Shown here piece by piece: positions 1-9,371 of a stretch of 64,000 nucleotides of DNA. The notes under the pieces were generated by a model. The model did not search any database, was not told the origin of the DNA, and worked only from the letters and a program-made list of their open reading frames with translations. Position numbers and translations under genes: made by a program. Every line of letters begins with the position of its first letter. Position 1 is the stretch's first letter. The DNA comes from Desulfobacteraceae bacterium (GTDB lineage Bacteria > Desulfobacterota > Desulfobacteria > Desulfobacterales > ETH-SRB1): NCBI GenBank assembly GCA_030593145.1, contig JAUVHU010000003.1, forward strand, positions 9,962-73,961, written 5' to 3'.

Positions 1-35
1 ACGCCCCCTTTTGCCCAATTACGCCTTTGGTGTCG

Positions 36-69
36 CCTTTGGTGTCAAATCTTGAATAGTGAATAAAGC
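36..69. repeat. 34-bp direct repeat, left copy (partner at 4698-4731)
   Basis: cctttggtgtcaaatcttgaatagtgaataaagc vs cctttggggtcaaatcttgaatagtgaataaagc, 1 mismatch. Confidence 0.9.
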
Positions 70-490
70 AAAAGGCTCGGTGTCACATTTTGATCAACAC
101 ATTGGAAACAGACTGCCGGGACATCCTTCACATTTACAGTTTTAATAAATTTTTGCTCGAAAAAAATGGTTTTTAGCACACTGATGCCCATAGAAGTTCT
201 GCGACAGCTTGTCGCAATTTTTCATGCTCCATAATCACAATATTAAAGCATAGATAGCGGTTTTGTGTCAATTTGTTCTGTAATTTAGAAAAAACAAAAA
301 AAAGGAGGCGTGTCTTCATTGAAGAACTCCTTAGTTACGTCTTTCCGATGTCATTTATAAACTCGTAAAGTAAAAAATCAACAAATCTATTGTCTTTTGC
401 TATGTTCTTCATGACCGTCGGGGAACTATGAAAATGTTCGCACAGAAAGTAAAAATATAGTGTTCAGGGATACAGATTTTTTGCCGCTAA

Positions 491-537
491 ATACAATATA
501 TGCCATTTTTACTTGACAAACACACAATATATTGATT
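491..537 (+). promoter_or_regulatory. Tandem NrdR-box-like sites around a TTGACA -35 hexamer
   Basis: atacaatatatgccat (491-506) and acacaatatattgatt (522-537), starts 31 bp apart; TTGACA at 513-518. Confidence 0.4.
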
Positions 538-630
538 AATAGGCATAAAATGTTACTCTTACTTACCGCAGAGTATACTTAGCCGAAAACAAATGATTCC
601 CGCGAACGCGGCAACCCTTAACAAGGTTAA

Positions 631-1410
631 ATGAGTTATATGAATTCCGATACATCATTATCTTTTTTGTCAAAAGCTAACCTTTTTAATGCCTATCATG
701 TGCTGTTTGGCTACGACAAGGGCGTTTCGATTGAGTTGCTAAAAGAGCTTCAGCCACCTGTGCTTAAAGCAGTGTACTGGAAGAAGGCGCTGGAGACACA
801 TCCGGATCGTTCAAAAGTACTGGGAAAAGTTGAATCTGAAATGGATGAACAATTCAAGGAAGTGACCCTGGCCTACGAAAACCTGAATTCTATTTTAAAA
901 GATGATCGAATAGATACTTTGAATGATGAAACATGTATTCAAAGAAAAAGCCCGGAGAAAAACGTAAAGGTTAATAAAAAAAGGGGGGTTTCAGATCACT
1001 TTTACAAAGCTTGGCTTCCAAAACGCAAGTTGTTAATCGGTCAATTTCTCTATTACTCCGGCTATATTTCATGGAGAAACCTTATTGATGCAATAATCTG
1101 GCAGAAAAAGCAACGTCCGGCTATTGGCCAGATAGCGCTTAACTGGGGGATACTGACGGTATATGATATCAGGAGAATCCTGACAGAGCGAAATATAGAG
1201 CAAAGGCATAAAGAAAAATTCGGCGAATATGCCTGGAGCAAGGGGTATATAACCTCCTTTCAACATTTAGCTCTTTTAGGCAAACAACGCCTTCTACAAC
1301 GCCCCATAGGAGAGTACTTCATGGAACAGGGGATACTTTACGCCAGAAAGATAGATGAGATAGTAGCAAAACAAAAGGTTCATAACAGATGCGCTTGGGA
1401 AGACAAATAG
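631..1410 (+). CDS. DnaJ (J-domain) protein with four C-terminal MshEN-like repeats
   Basis: J-domain HPD motif (KALETHPDRS...FKEVTLAYENL); four repeats of (I/F)G(Q/E)xxxxxG(Y/I)(I/L)...Q/R. Confidence 0.8.
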   Translation: MSYMNSDTSLSFLSKANLFNAYHVLFGYDKGVSIELLKELQPPVLKAVYWKKALETHPDRSKVLGKVESEMDEQFKEVTLAYENLNSILKDDRIDTLNDETCIQRKSPEKNVKVNKKRGVSDHFYKAWLPKRKLLIGQFLYYSGYISWRNLIDAIIWQKKQRPAIGQIALNWGILTVYDIRRILTERNIEQRHKEKFGEYAWSKGYITSFQHLALLGKQRLLQRPIGEYFMEQGILYARKIDEIVAKQKVHNRCAWEDK

Positions 1411-1442
1411 TGTCACCCATTAAAGCGCACGTCTTGGAGAAG

Positions 1443-1488
1443 AATTAGGGCCAAATAGGAGACATCCCTAATTGGCCCTAAATTTTTC
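1443..1488. terminator. Hairpin between convergent genes, probable intrinsic terminator
   Basis: ttagggccaa...ttggccctaa followed by attttt. Confidence 0.6.
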
Positions 1489-1527
1489 ATACAATAGATC
1501 TGTGTGGTTTTAAAATAACTTTCCGTT

Positions 1528-1743
1528 CTATGGACAAGTCCCAGGCATCGGTGGAGCACTTGGTATTTTTCCATGGCAGGCGCAACAGTCTATTGTCTTA
1601 TTAATATATTTACCTGGTACTCCTTTAGTACCTGCTGGAACGGGCTTATTTTTATATTCTGCCCAACTTGAGTGAGCCTGCGCAAAACCGATCACCCCAA
1701 ACAGGAATACAACTGCACATACTAATACTATTAGCTTCTTCAT
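1528..1743 (-). CDS. Small secreted monoheme c-type cytochrome-like peptide
   Basis: Sec signal MKKLIVLVCAVVFLFGVIGFAQA, CCACH (CxxCH) motif, AAGGAGG RBS at 1754-1760. Confidence 0.7.
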   Translation of the reverse strand: MKKLIVLVCAVVFLFGVIGFAQAHSSWAEYKNKPVPAGTKGVPGKYINKTIDCCACHGKIPSAPPMPGTCP

Positions 1744-1913
1744 TTAACATATACCTCCTTTTAGTTTTGAAATACAGATAGTTAACTTTTGGTGTTATAA
1801 GCATTATATTGCTAAAAAGCAATAATGTTGTTATGTTGAAATAATTTTGTATTAACTTTTTGATTTGCCATCATATTTTTACCATTTGTTCTATAAAACC
1901 ATATTGGTGATAA

Positions 1914-4695
1914 GTGATTAATTTAACAATAAAAAAGAAAATATTATTACTATCAATAACATTTTTATGCCTTATTATTGGATGCTCTATAGCTGGGATA
2001 TGGGGTCTTTATCAGGTTCGTATAGCTAAAGATCAATCAGCAGCAGCCTATAATTTACATGATAAGTTCCAGGAAATAAGGATATTATTTGAACAATCCC
2101 TGATGGGACCTCATGATTATATAATTCACGGTAACGAACTTGAGAAAGAAATATTTTCAGAAGATTATAAAAATCTTATTTCTAAAATAAATGATCTTAA
2201 AAATCTTATTACAAGTAACAAGGCAAAGCATGATTATGAATTTGAAAAAATATTGGGTGTTATAGAAAAACAACTTCTAATAATAGAAAATGAGCTTTCT
2301 GATTATAGGTCGATAGTTTTAGATGATATATTCAGTCTTAAGATATATATAGAAGACAATTTGCCTGGATCCAGAATGGAAGAAATGGATCTTTTTGTTC
2401 GTGGATTAGGAGATGACCTGAAAGCAGAAGGAAATATTCTATCAAACCTTTCTGCTAAAGCTCAAAAAAGAATAGATGATGTACAATTTTATGTCTTTAT
2501 CCTTTTAATAATGCTTGGCGCAAATGCTTTGATAGTCGGGATGTTATTAAGTTTTTATATAATTCGAAATATCTCAAGTTCTATAAACAGTCTGATTCAA
2601 GTTACACGAAAGATAAAAGGCGGTGATCTTACAGTTCGGGCAAATATTAAGTCAAATGATGAAATCGCAGAATTTGCTGATTCCTTTAACGAAATGCTTA
2701 ATGAATTGGCCGACACACAAAATCGTATATCGAGCATTTTTCAAGGCTCTGGTGATAGCATGTGCGTTATAGATGATAATTTTAATATCCTTCAGCTTAA
2801 CAAACAGATGGAAGATATGGTGGGTTTGCCTGAAGCCGAAGTCGTCGGCAAAAAATGTTACGAAATTTTTCATGGAGAACTATGTCATACCGATAAATGC
2901 ACTCTCAAATGTATCTTAAACGGGGAAAAACGGGTCAAACTTGAAACCGACAAAGAAACCAGGGACGGGAAAAAGAAGCCTGTTGAGCTTATCGCAACAC
3001 CTTTTAAAAGAAGAGGTAAAACTATCGGGGTTATTGAGTCATTCCGTGATATTACAAAGCGAAAGAAAGCGGAAGACAAGCTTAAAAGAACCTATGACGA
3101 TTTAGAAATACGAGTTAAGGAACGCACCTCTATGCTTGCTGATGCCAACAAAGAACTGCAGGCAGAAATTATAGAACGCAAAACAGCAGAGGACGCCTTG
3201 CGCCGGGAAGAAGAAAGGTTTCGTGATCTCTACCAGGAAGCTCCTATTGCTTATTTGAGTTTGCAAAATAATGGAATAATAGATGACTGCAATAAGAAGA
3301 CGGAAGAGCTCTTTGGATATAAAAGAGAGGAATTAACCGGAACAAATTTAATTGATTTATTTTCAGATACGCAAAAGGAAAAGGCCAAGGAAATACTCAA
3401 CCGGTTTATAAGTGGTAATATAATCTATAATGAGAGAATACGCTTTGCAAATAAAGATGGCTCATTAATTTGGGGCAGCATGACGATAAATGCCGTAAGA
3501 GACCAGGAAGGCAATATGGTCTCAAGCCGATGTATGATTGCCGATATTACCGGACAAGTGAATATGGAAGGCCGACTCATGCGGGCACAAAGAATGGAGT
3601 CAATCGGCACACTGGCCGGAGGTATAGCTCATGATTTTAACAATCTCCTCATGGGTATCCAGGGCAACGCTTCTTTAATGCAAATAGATATGGATATATC
3701 GCATCCTTATTATAAAAGGTTAAAAAATATTGAAAAACAAGTTCAAAGCGGAGCACAATTAACCTCTCATCTTCTTGGTTTTGCAAGAAAAGGGAAATAT
3801 GAGATCAAATCAATTAATAGAAAATACCTTATATGCTTTTGGACGAACAAGGAAAGAAATTACAATCCACAATGAGCTGGCTGAAAATTTATTTACAATA
3901 GAGGCTGATCAAAGCCAAATTGAGCAGGTTCTTTTAAATCTTTATGCAAATGCGGCCGATGCTATGCATGGCGTGGGTGACCTTATAATAAAAACAATAA
4001 ATATAACTCATAATGATATTAAAAGCTCTTTTTTTGAACCTAAGCATGGAAATTACATAATGCTTATGGTTACAGATACAGGCACAGGTATGGACCAAAG
4101 TACAATTGAACACATATTTGATCCTTTCTTTACAACTAAAAGAATGGGTGCGAGCAAGGGAGCAGGCCTTGGTCTTGCATCTGCTTACGGCATCATAAAA
4201 AGTCATGACGGATATATAGATGTCGAATCCAAAAAGGGACACGGAACAACGTTTAGAATTTATATTCCTGCGTCAGAAAAAAAGATTGCAAAAGCCGTTG
4301 GCATTACAGAAAAGTTGTTAAAGGCAATTGAAACCGTTTTTTTGGTGGACGATGAAGAACTAATATTAGATGTGGGAAGTGATTTGTTGGAAGCAATGGG
4401 TTACAAGGTACTCACAGCCAGAGATGGAATAGATGCAATAAAAGTTTATAAGAAAAAATATAAAGAAATCGATATCGTCATTTTGGATATGGTTATGCCG
4501 AATATGGGCGGCGGCGAAGCATATGACCGGATGAAAGAGATCAATCCTGACATTAAGGTTCTTCTTGCAAGCGGATACAGCATTGATGGTGAAGCCACTG
4601 AAATATTAGAACGAGGTTGCAATGAGTTTATCCAGAAGCCATTTAATATAAAAGAACTCTCAAAGAAGATAAGAGAAATTTTAGGTGATGATTAG
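1914..4695 (+). pseudogene. Hybrid sensor histidine kinase (2TM-HAMP-PAS-PAS-HisKA-HATPase-REC) split by a frameshift near 3807-3818
   Basis: ORF 1914-3875 has the H-box (GGIAHDFNNLL). ORF 3775-4695 in the +1 frame has the N/G/F boxes (NAADAM, DTGTGM, FDPFFTTK, GLGL) and the receiver (VDDE, ILDMVMP, KPF). May be an assembly artefact. Confidence 0.8.
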
Positions 4696-4697
4696 AA

Positions 4698-4731
4698 CCT
4701 TTGGGGTCAAATCTTGAATAGTGAATAAAGC
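4698..4731. repeat. 34-bp direct repeat, right copy
   Basis: Matches 36-69 with 1 mismatch. Confidence 0.9.
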
Positions 4732-4797
4732 CCGTTTGTTTTCCACTTCAATGCCTTATCTTTTTTCAGGATGTCTTTCACTGCACAAATACAAAGA

Positions 4798-7700
4798 TCA
4801 TGCTTCAAGCATTTTTTTGTGCAAACGTCCTGCTCGCAGGTAGAAGGTCTCCAGCTTTGCGCTTATCAATTGCGGGAAAGGGGAACCGTCGCTTTCAATT
4901 GCAAGAAAAGGCAGGTCTTCAATATTTGCCAGGATTTTTTGGAGCCGCTTATTTTCCGGGTCTGTTGCCAGTTTTCCTTTACGATTCATAATAGTGTTTA
5001 AGATAGACTCTGACAGACGGTTTGGCATGCAGCCGAAGGGCCCTATGGCGATAGCGCCGCATGCATGAGAAGCTACATCGCTTATAGTGCCTCCCACCGT
5101 AAGAACTGCTTCACCTGTCAGGTCTGGCGATATATAGGGCTCGGCATTTTTTATTATTGCTTCAACGTCAATAAGCTCTGAGTGAACAAGTCCTGACCCG
5201 GATAAAATGGATTTGATACGCTTTTCGTAGCTGGTCATATATTTTTGCTTGATTGTCAATTCAAGCTTCTCCATTATTGATACCTTGTAGTCAACAAGCC
5301 CTTTGCGCATTAGATAGTCGGAATATAATACCCATTCCGCAACAGGTGAACAAACAGTGGCAAAACCGCTTTTTGCCAGACGTCTTGTCAAATACTGGCG
5401 TGATATTGAATCCCTGCGGACAAATATCTCACCTATAAGGCAGATTACAGGCACCTCTTTTGGCGGACGTTTCATGGAAATCCGGCTAAAACGTTCTGAA
5501 GTACGTACCAGCTGTTTTTCCAGTTTAGAAAAGTCCCCTCTTTCCATTTCTTCCAATATCAGATTCCATTCCTCATTAAATATCCTTATTCCATCTTCGA
5601 CATCTGTTGCGTTGGCTAATATCATCGACCGGATATCTTCCATAACGTCGGATGTTACAACAGAGCTCCATGCTTTTAACTGGAAATCTTTTCCCAAACC
5701 GGCGTAAGAATTCTCTGATGTCAGCGCAAACAAGGCTACATCCGAAAGTTCAAGCCTTTTTACAAGGTCTTCCATGAATACATAATACTGGCCGAACCGA
5801 CATGGACCTGAGGCGGTAGGCATAAAATAGATTAGAGCCTCATTTTCCTTTTTTACATTGTAAACATAGTTAAGCAATGTTCCTGTAGTTAGTATCAGCG
5901 GTAAACACTCTTTGCATGAAGTGTTTGCGCGTCCAAGTTTCAATATGGCCTCATCAGACGGTGGATGGGAAATTGCATTAAACCCGAAGCTGCGAAATAC
6001 CGCTGCCAGGGATTCGGAGGAAATCTTGCCCATAGACGGAAACAAAAGGGTCACACGCGGGTCGCTGGCAGGGAGTGTTTTGCCGGAAGACGTTACCAGG
6101 TTAACCTTTCCGTTTTCTATTTCTAAGCGAGCAGGAACAAAAGCGCGCTTCTTCTGGACGATCACCTTATCTGCCAGAAGTTGCCTGTAAGCCGCGACAA
6201 TATCAAGAAACGCCTCGACCCTGGTCTCAAGGCCGGCATCTGCCGTGTGACTGTCCAGCTCAAGAGTCAGCGACGGTTTTTGACCCATAAGAGTCCTAAA
6301 ATATCCGACCATGAAAGAATCCGGTCCACAGGAAAAGTTTGTAATATAAGTTCCAAACAGTTGAGGATGCCTCTTAACCACTCTTGCCGCCTTCAATATA
6401 ATCTGGCCCATTCCCCAGTACATATGGCGCTTTGTTTTCTCTTCGTCAAATGTAAGAAAATCAAACGGCATTACCAGAACGCCCCTTGATGCAAGCTTGC
6501 TCGGAATACCCATATGCGCTTCTTTAACAAATCCGTTATAAGGCCTGGCAAATATCACCACCGCTGTTCTGTCCGGATCTTTTTTCAGCTCTTCAATGGC
6601 TTTGTTCCCGATCTTTTTCATTTCAGCCATGCATTCCATCTGTTTTTTCAGCGCCTTTTGAAAAGCATTTTTAGCCTCTTTTTTTCCAACCCCCATTTTT
6701 ACAGCGGTTTCAATAAGAGGCTTTTCCGCGGTCTCCAGCCCTTCTGTCAAATCAAGCAGCGGGGTCAATACTTTTATCCCTCTATCTCTCAGTTCATCCA
6801 GTTTTTTCCTGAACGCGCTCCTTAGGAAAAAGGTTTCACCCTGAACAAAAGGACAAACCTGCGAGCTTGTGTAACCGTTTTGGACCGGAACAGCTTTGAA
6901 GTGCGGCAGGAATATAAATTCCGGAGGATTTTCCATATAAATAAGGGAATGGAAAAAACCGTGGGTCAGTTCAGCAGGATAACAAAAGGCCGCCTCTTTT
7001 TGATCTATTCCTTTTTTAGAAGGAAAATCAGGCACAACCGGCTCAAACCCTAATTCGGCAAAAAACGTGGAATAAAGAGGATAAAAAGTGTTAACCAGGA
7101 AACTCCTGTTTATTCCGATCCTTGCCCTGGGCTTTTTTTTGCTGCCCTCAGCCAGCTTGCCTCCATACTTATCAAAAATCAATTGCTGACGTATACGAAC
7201 AAGGTCCAGCTTCTCTACATCGTATTTCACTTTGTTCCGCAAATTGTAGTATCTGTTGCAGGCTCCGCCAAACGGATATTTCTTTCCTTCCAGCTTGATT
7301 ATAGCTATATTGCAGCGCCGGTCACATTTTTCCTTTCCGCCTTTGCATATAAACGATTTTCCGTATTGCACCTCACGGCTAAGCAGAGCATTCAGGTCAA
7401 AGATCTTTTTTTTCATCAAACCTGATTCGATTCTTTTCTTCACCTCGAGCGCAACACCAAAAGCGCCCATAAGCCCCGGTTCGGGGGGAACGACTATCGG
7501 CTTGCCCACAAGCGCTGCCATGGCAAAGGGAACCGCCTTGTTATAGCAGACACCGCCCTGCATAAACACCTTTTCACCCACCGGCTTATTTCCCTTGACC
7601 CTGTTTGAATAGTTCATGCAAATGGAATACACCAGACCTGCAAGAATATCTTCGTGTTTCACGCCTTCATGAATTGCGTTCTTTATATCGGAAGCAATAA

Positions 7701-9198
7701 ACGCAGCGCACTGATCATTGAAATTAGGTGGCTTCTTGCCTTTAAAAGCAATGTCGGCAATATCTTCCATTTTTACACCAAGTGTCTCATACGCCGACTC
7801 TTCCAGAAAAGAACCTGTGCCCGCGGAACAGGCTTCGTTCATCGCGTAATCGGATGGCACGGAATTTGTGATATAGGTATATTTTGCATCCTGTCCGCCT
7901 ATCTCAAATATTGTGTCCACCTTGGGATCAAAATATACTGCCGCAGTCGCATGAGCAATTATTTCGTTGATAACTCCCTGTGTAAGCGCGTGAAGACCGG
8001 CTATCTGGCGGCCTGAGCCGGTAACACCCAGCCCTGTTATACTTATCTCGTCAGGATTTACCTTTTCACTTATCTGGCCAAGAATCGAATCGTAACACTT
8101 GCGGGAAGCTCCAACAGGATCACCGTCAGTACGCAGGTAAATTGACGCAAGAATTGCATCGTCCTCGATCCGTAGAAGAACCGCCTTTGTTGTAGTTGAA
8201 CCAACGTCAAGTCCCAGTATGCATTCATCTCCCTGCCGGACATCTTCCATCGCGACAGACTTGAATTCAACCATGTCTTTAAAATCGATAAGGGGCATAA
8301 GTGTGTCAAATGCTTTGGTCTCCGTTCTTAATAATTTTGACATCCCAGGAAATTCGGCTGTCTCATTTTCCAGCGCCCAGAGAGCAGCGCCAAGAGCTTC
8401 GAAACACGGGGCCTCCTCAGGAACAATAAGGTCTGTAATGTCTTTACGCAGGTACTCAATCATCATCCGGTTGAGCGCGGTGCCCCCGACGATCATAATG
8501 TTTTTTCTCTGCACCTTTTTTAAAAGCTCAAGTATTTTCTCCGCCATCATCTTACAAAGCCCGGCAGTTACTTTTGATCTGGGGATGCCTTTGTTGGTTG
8601 CATGGGTGCAGTCAGATTTGCAAAAAACCGAACAACGCCCCGAAAGCTGATACGGCTCCTCTGTGGCAGCCCACTGGGCTGCTTCTTCCAGCGTTACTTT
8701 CATCCTGCGAAGTTGCTGAAGAAAAAATTCACCGGTTCCGGATGCGCACTTGTTGCCTGTCAAAACATTAGATATTTGACCCTGACCGTCCATGACATAT
8801 ACCATGAAGGTCTCCCCGCCAGCGGAAATAACAGCAGGGCATGTAATATCAGCGGGTTTGACAAAATTGTACGCGTATTCCACTGCTTCAGGTTCAGATA
8901 TGGATGACAAGTTTACAAAATCGCGAAATCTCCTGCCGGTCACGGCAATCCTGTCGTATGAATTCATATCCAGAGACTTGAGAGCTGAAAGCAGTGTCTG
9001 TTTTGGATTCCCTTCGTGGGTATGAAGCGAATATTCAACCATTTCAGGCTTTGCCTCACGCCTGCCCTGCTTGCTAATCTCCTGTATGACATTAACTATC
9101 GATACGGTGGATGCTCCAAGACATATACCAAGGGAGCTTATCTTGCCGGACATCTTTCCCTTTTCATCTAACTGCTTGTTTGTATTTTTTGTTTTCAT
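4798..9198 (-). CDS. Acyl-CoA dehydratase activase family protein (two BadF/BadG/BcrA/BcrD ATPase domains plus dehydratase-like C-terminal region)
   Basis: GNKCASGTGEF, GLDVGSTTTK, EIGGQDAK, MNEACSAGTGSF; C-terminal FSCGPD and GPFGCMP motifs. Confidence 0.9.
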   Translation of the reverse strand: MKTKNTNKQLDEKGKMSGKISSLGICLGASTVSIVNVIQEISKQGRREAKPEMVEYSLHTHEGNPKQTLLSALKSLDMNSYDRIAVTGRRFRDFVNLSSISEPEAVEYAYNFVKPADITCPAVISAGGETFMVYVMDGQGQISNVLTGNKCASGTGEFFLQQLRRMKVTLEEAAQWAATEEPYQLSGRCSVFCKSDCTHATNKGIPRSKVTAGLCKMMAEKILELLKKVQRKNIMIVGGTALNRMMIEYLRKDITDLIVPEEAPCFEALGAALWALENETAEFPGMSKLLRTETKAFDTLMPLIDFKDMVEFKSVAMEDVRQGDECILGLDVGSTTTKAVLLRIEDDAILASIYLRTDGDPVGASRKCYDSILGQISEKVNPDEISITGLGVTGSGRQIAGLHALTQGVINEIIAHATAAVYFDPKVDTIFEIGGQDAKYTYITNSVPSDYAMNEACSAGTGSFLEESAYETLGVKMEDIADIAFKGKKPPNFNDQCAAFIASDIKNAIHEGVKHEDILAGLVYSICMNYSNRVKGNKPVGEKVFMQGGVCYNKAVPFAMAALVGKPIVVPPEPGLMGAFGVALEVKKRIESGLMKKKIFDLNALLSREVQYGKSFICKGGKEKCDRRCNIAIIKLEGKKYPFGGACNRYYNLRNKVKYDVEKLDLVRIRQQLIFDKYGGKLAEGSKKKPRARIGINRSFLVNTFYPLYSTFFAELGFEPVVPDFPSKKGIDQKEAAFCYPAELTHGFFHSLIYMENPPEFIFLPHFKAVPVQNGYTSSQVCPFVQGETFFLRSAFRKKLDELRDRGIKVLTPLLDLTEGLETAEKPLIETAVKMGVGKKEAKNAFQKALKKQMECMAEMKKIGNKAIEELKKDPDRTAVVIFARPYNGFVKEAHMGIPSKLASRGVLVMPFDFLTFDEEKTKRHMYWGMGQIILKAARVVKRHPQLFGTYITNFSCGPDSFMVGYFRTLMGQKPSLTLELDSHTADAGLETRVEAFLDIVAAYRQLLADKVIVQKKRAFVPARLEIENGKVNLVTSSGKTLPASDPRVTLLFPSMGKISSESLAAVFRSFGFNAISHPPSDEAILKLGRANTSCKECLPLILTTGTLLNYVYNVKKENEALIYFMPTASGPCRFGQYYVFMEDLVKRLELSDVALFALTSENSYAGLGKDFQLKAWSSVVTSDVMEDIRSMILANATDVEDGIRIFNEEWNLILEEMERGDFSKLEKQLVRTSERFSRISMKRPPKEVPVICLIGEIFVRRDSISRQYLTRRLAKSGFATVCSPVAEWVLYSDYLMRKGLVDYKVSIMEKLELTIKQKYMTSYEKRIKSILSGSGLVHSELIDVEAIIKNAEPYISPDLTGEAVLTVGGTISDVASHACGAIAIGPFGCMPNRLSESILNTIMNRKGKLATDPENKRLQKILANIEDLPFLAIESDGSPFPQLISAKLETFYLRAGRLHKKMLEA

Positions 9199-9200
9199 AG

Positions 9201-9365
9201 TTAGTTGCTTGTTGCTAGTTACTTGTTGCTGGTTACTCGTTGCTGGTTTTCCAAACTGAAGAGCGAAGCGACATCATCATTCATCATTTGATGTTGGACG
9301 TTCGATGTTCGACGTTCATCTTTTTTCCCTTCTCACCTTCTAAGTTTCAAGCCGTGAACGGCTAC
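9201..9365. repeat. Heptamer-array mini-element cluster
   Basis: (YTNGTTD)x7 at 9201-9249; gagcgaagcgac cassette; tcgatgt/ggacgtt heptamers; terminal gtgaacggctac. Confidence 0.75.
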
Positions 9366-9371
9366 AATTTC

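Noticed and set aside
3775-3875. Programmed ribosomal frameshift or selenocysteine read-through in the kinase
   Set aside because: Residues appear to be missing at the junction, and the TGA is out of frame with the conserved continuation; a deletion fits better.
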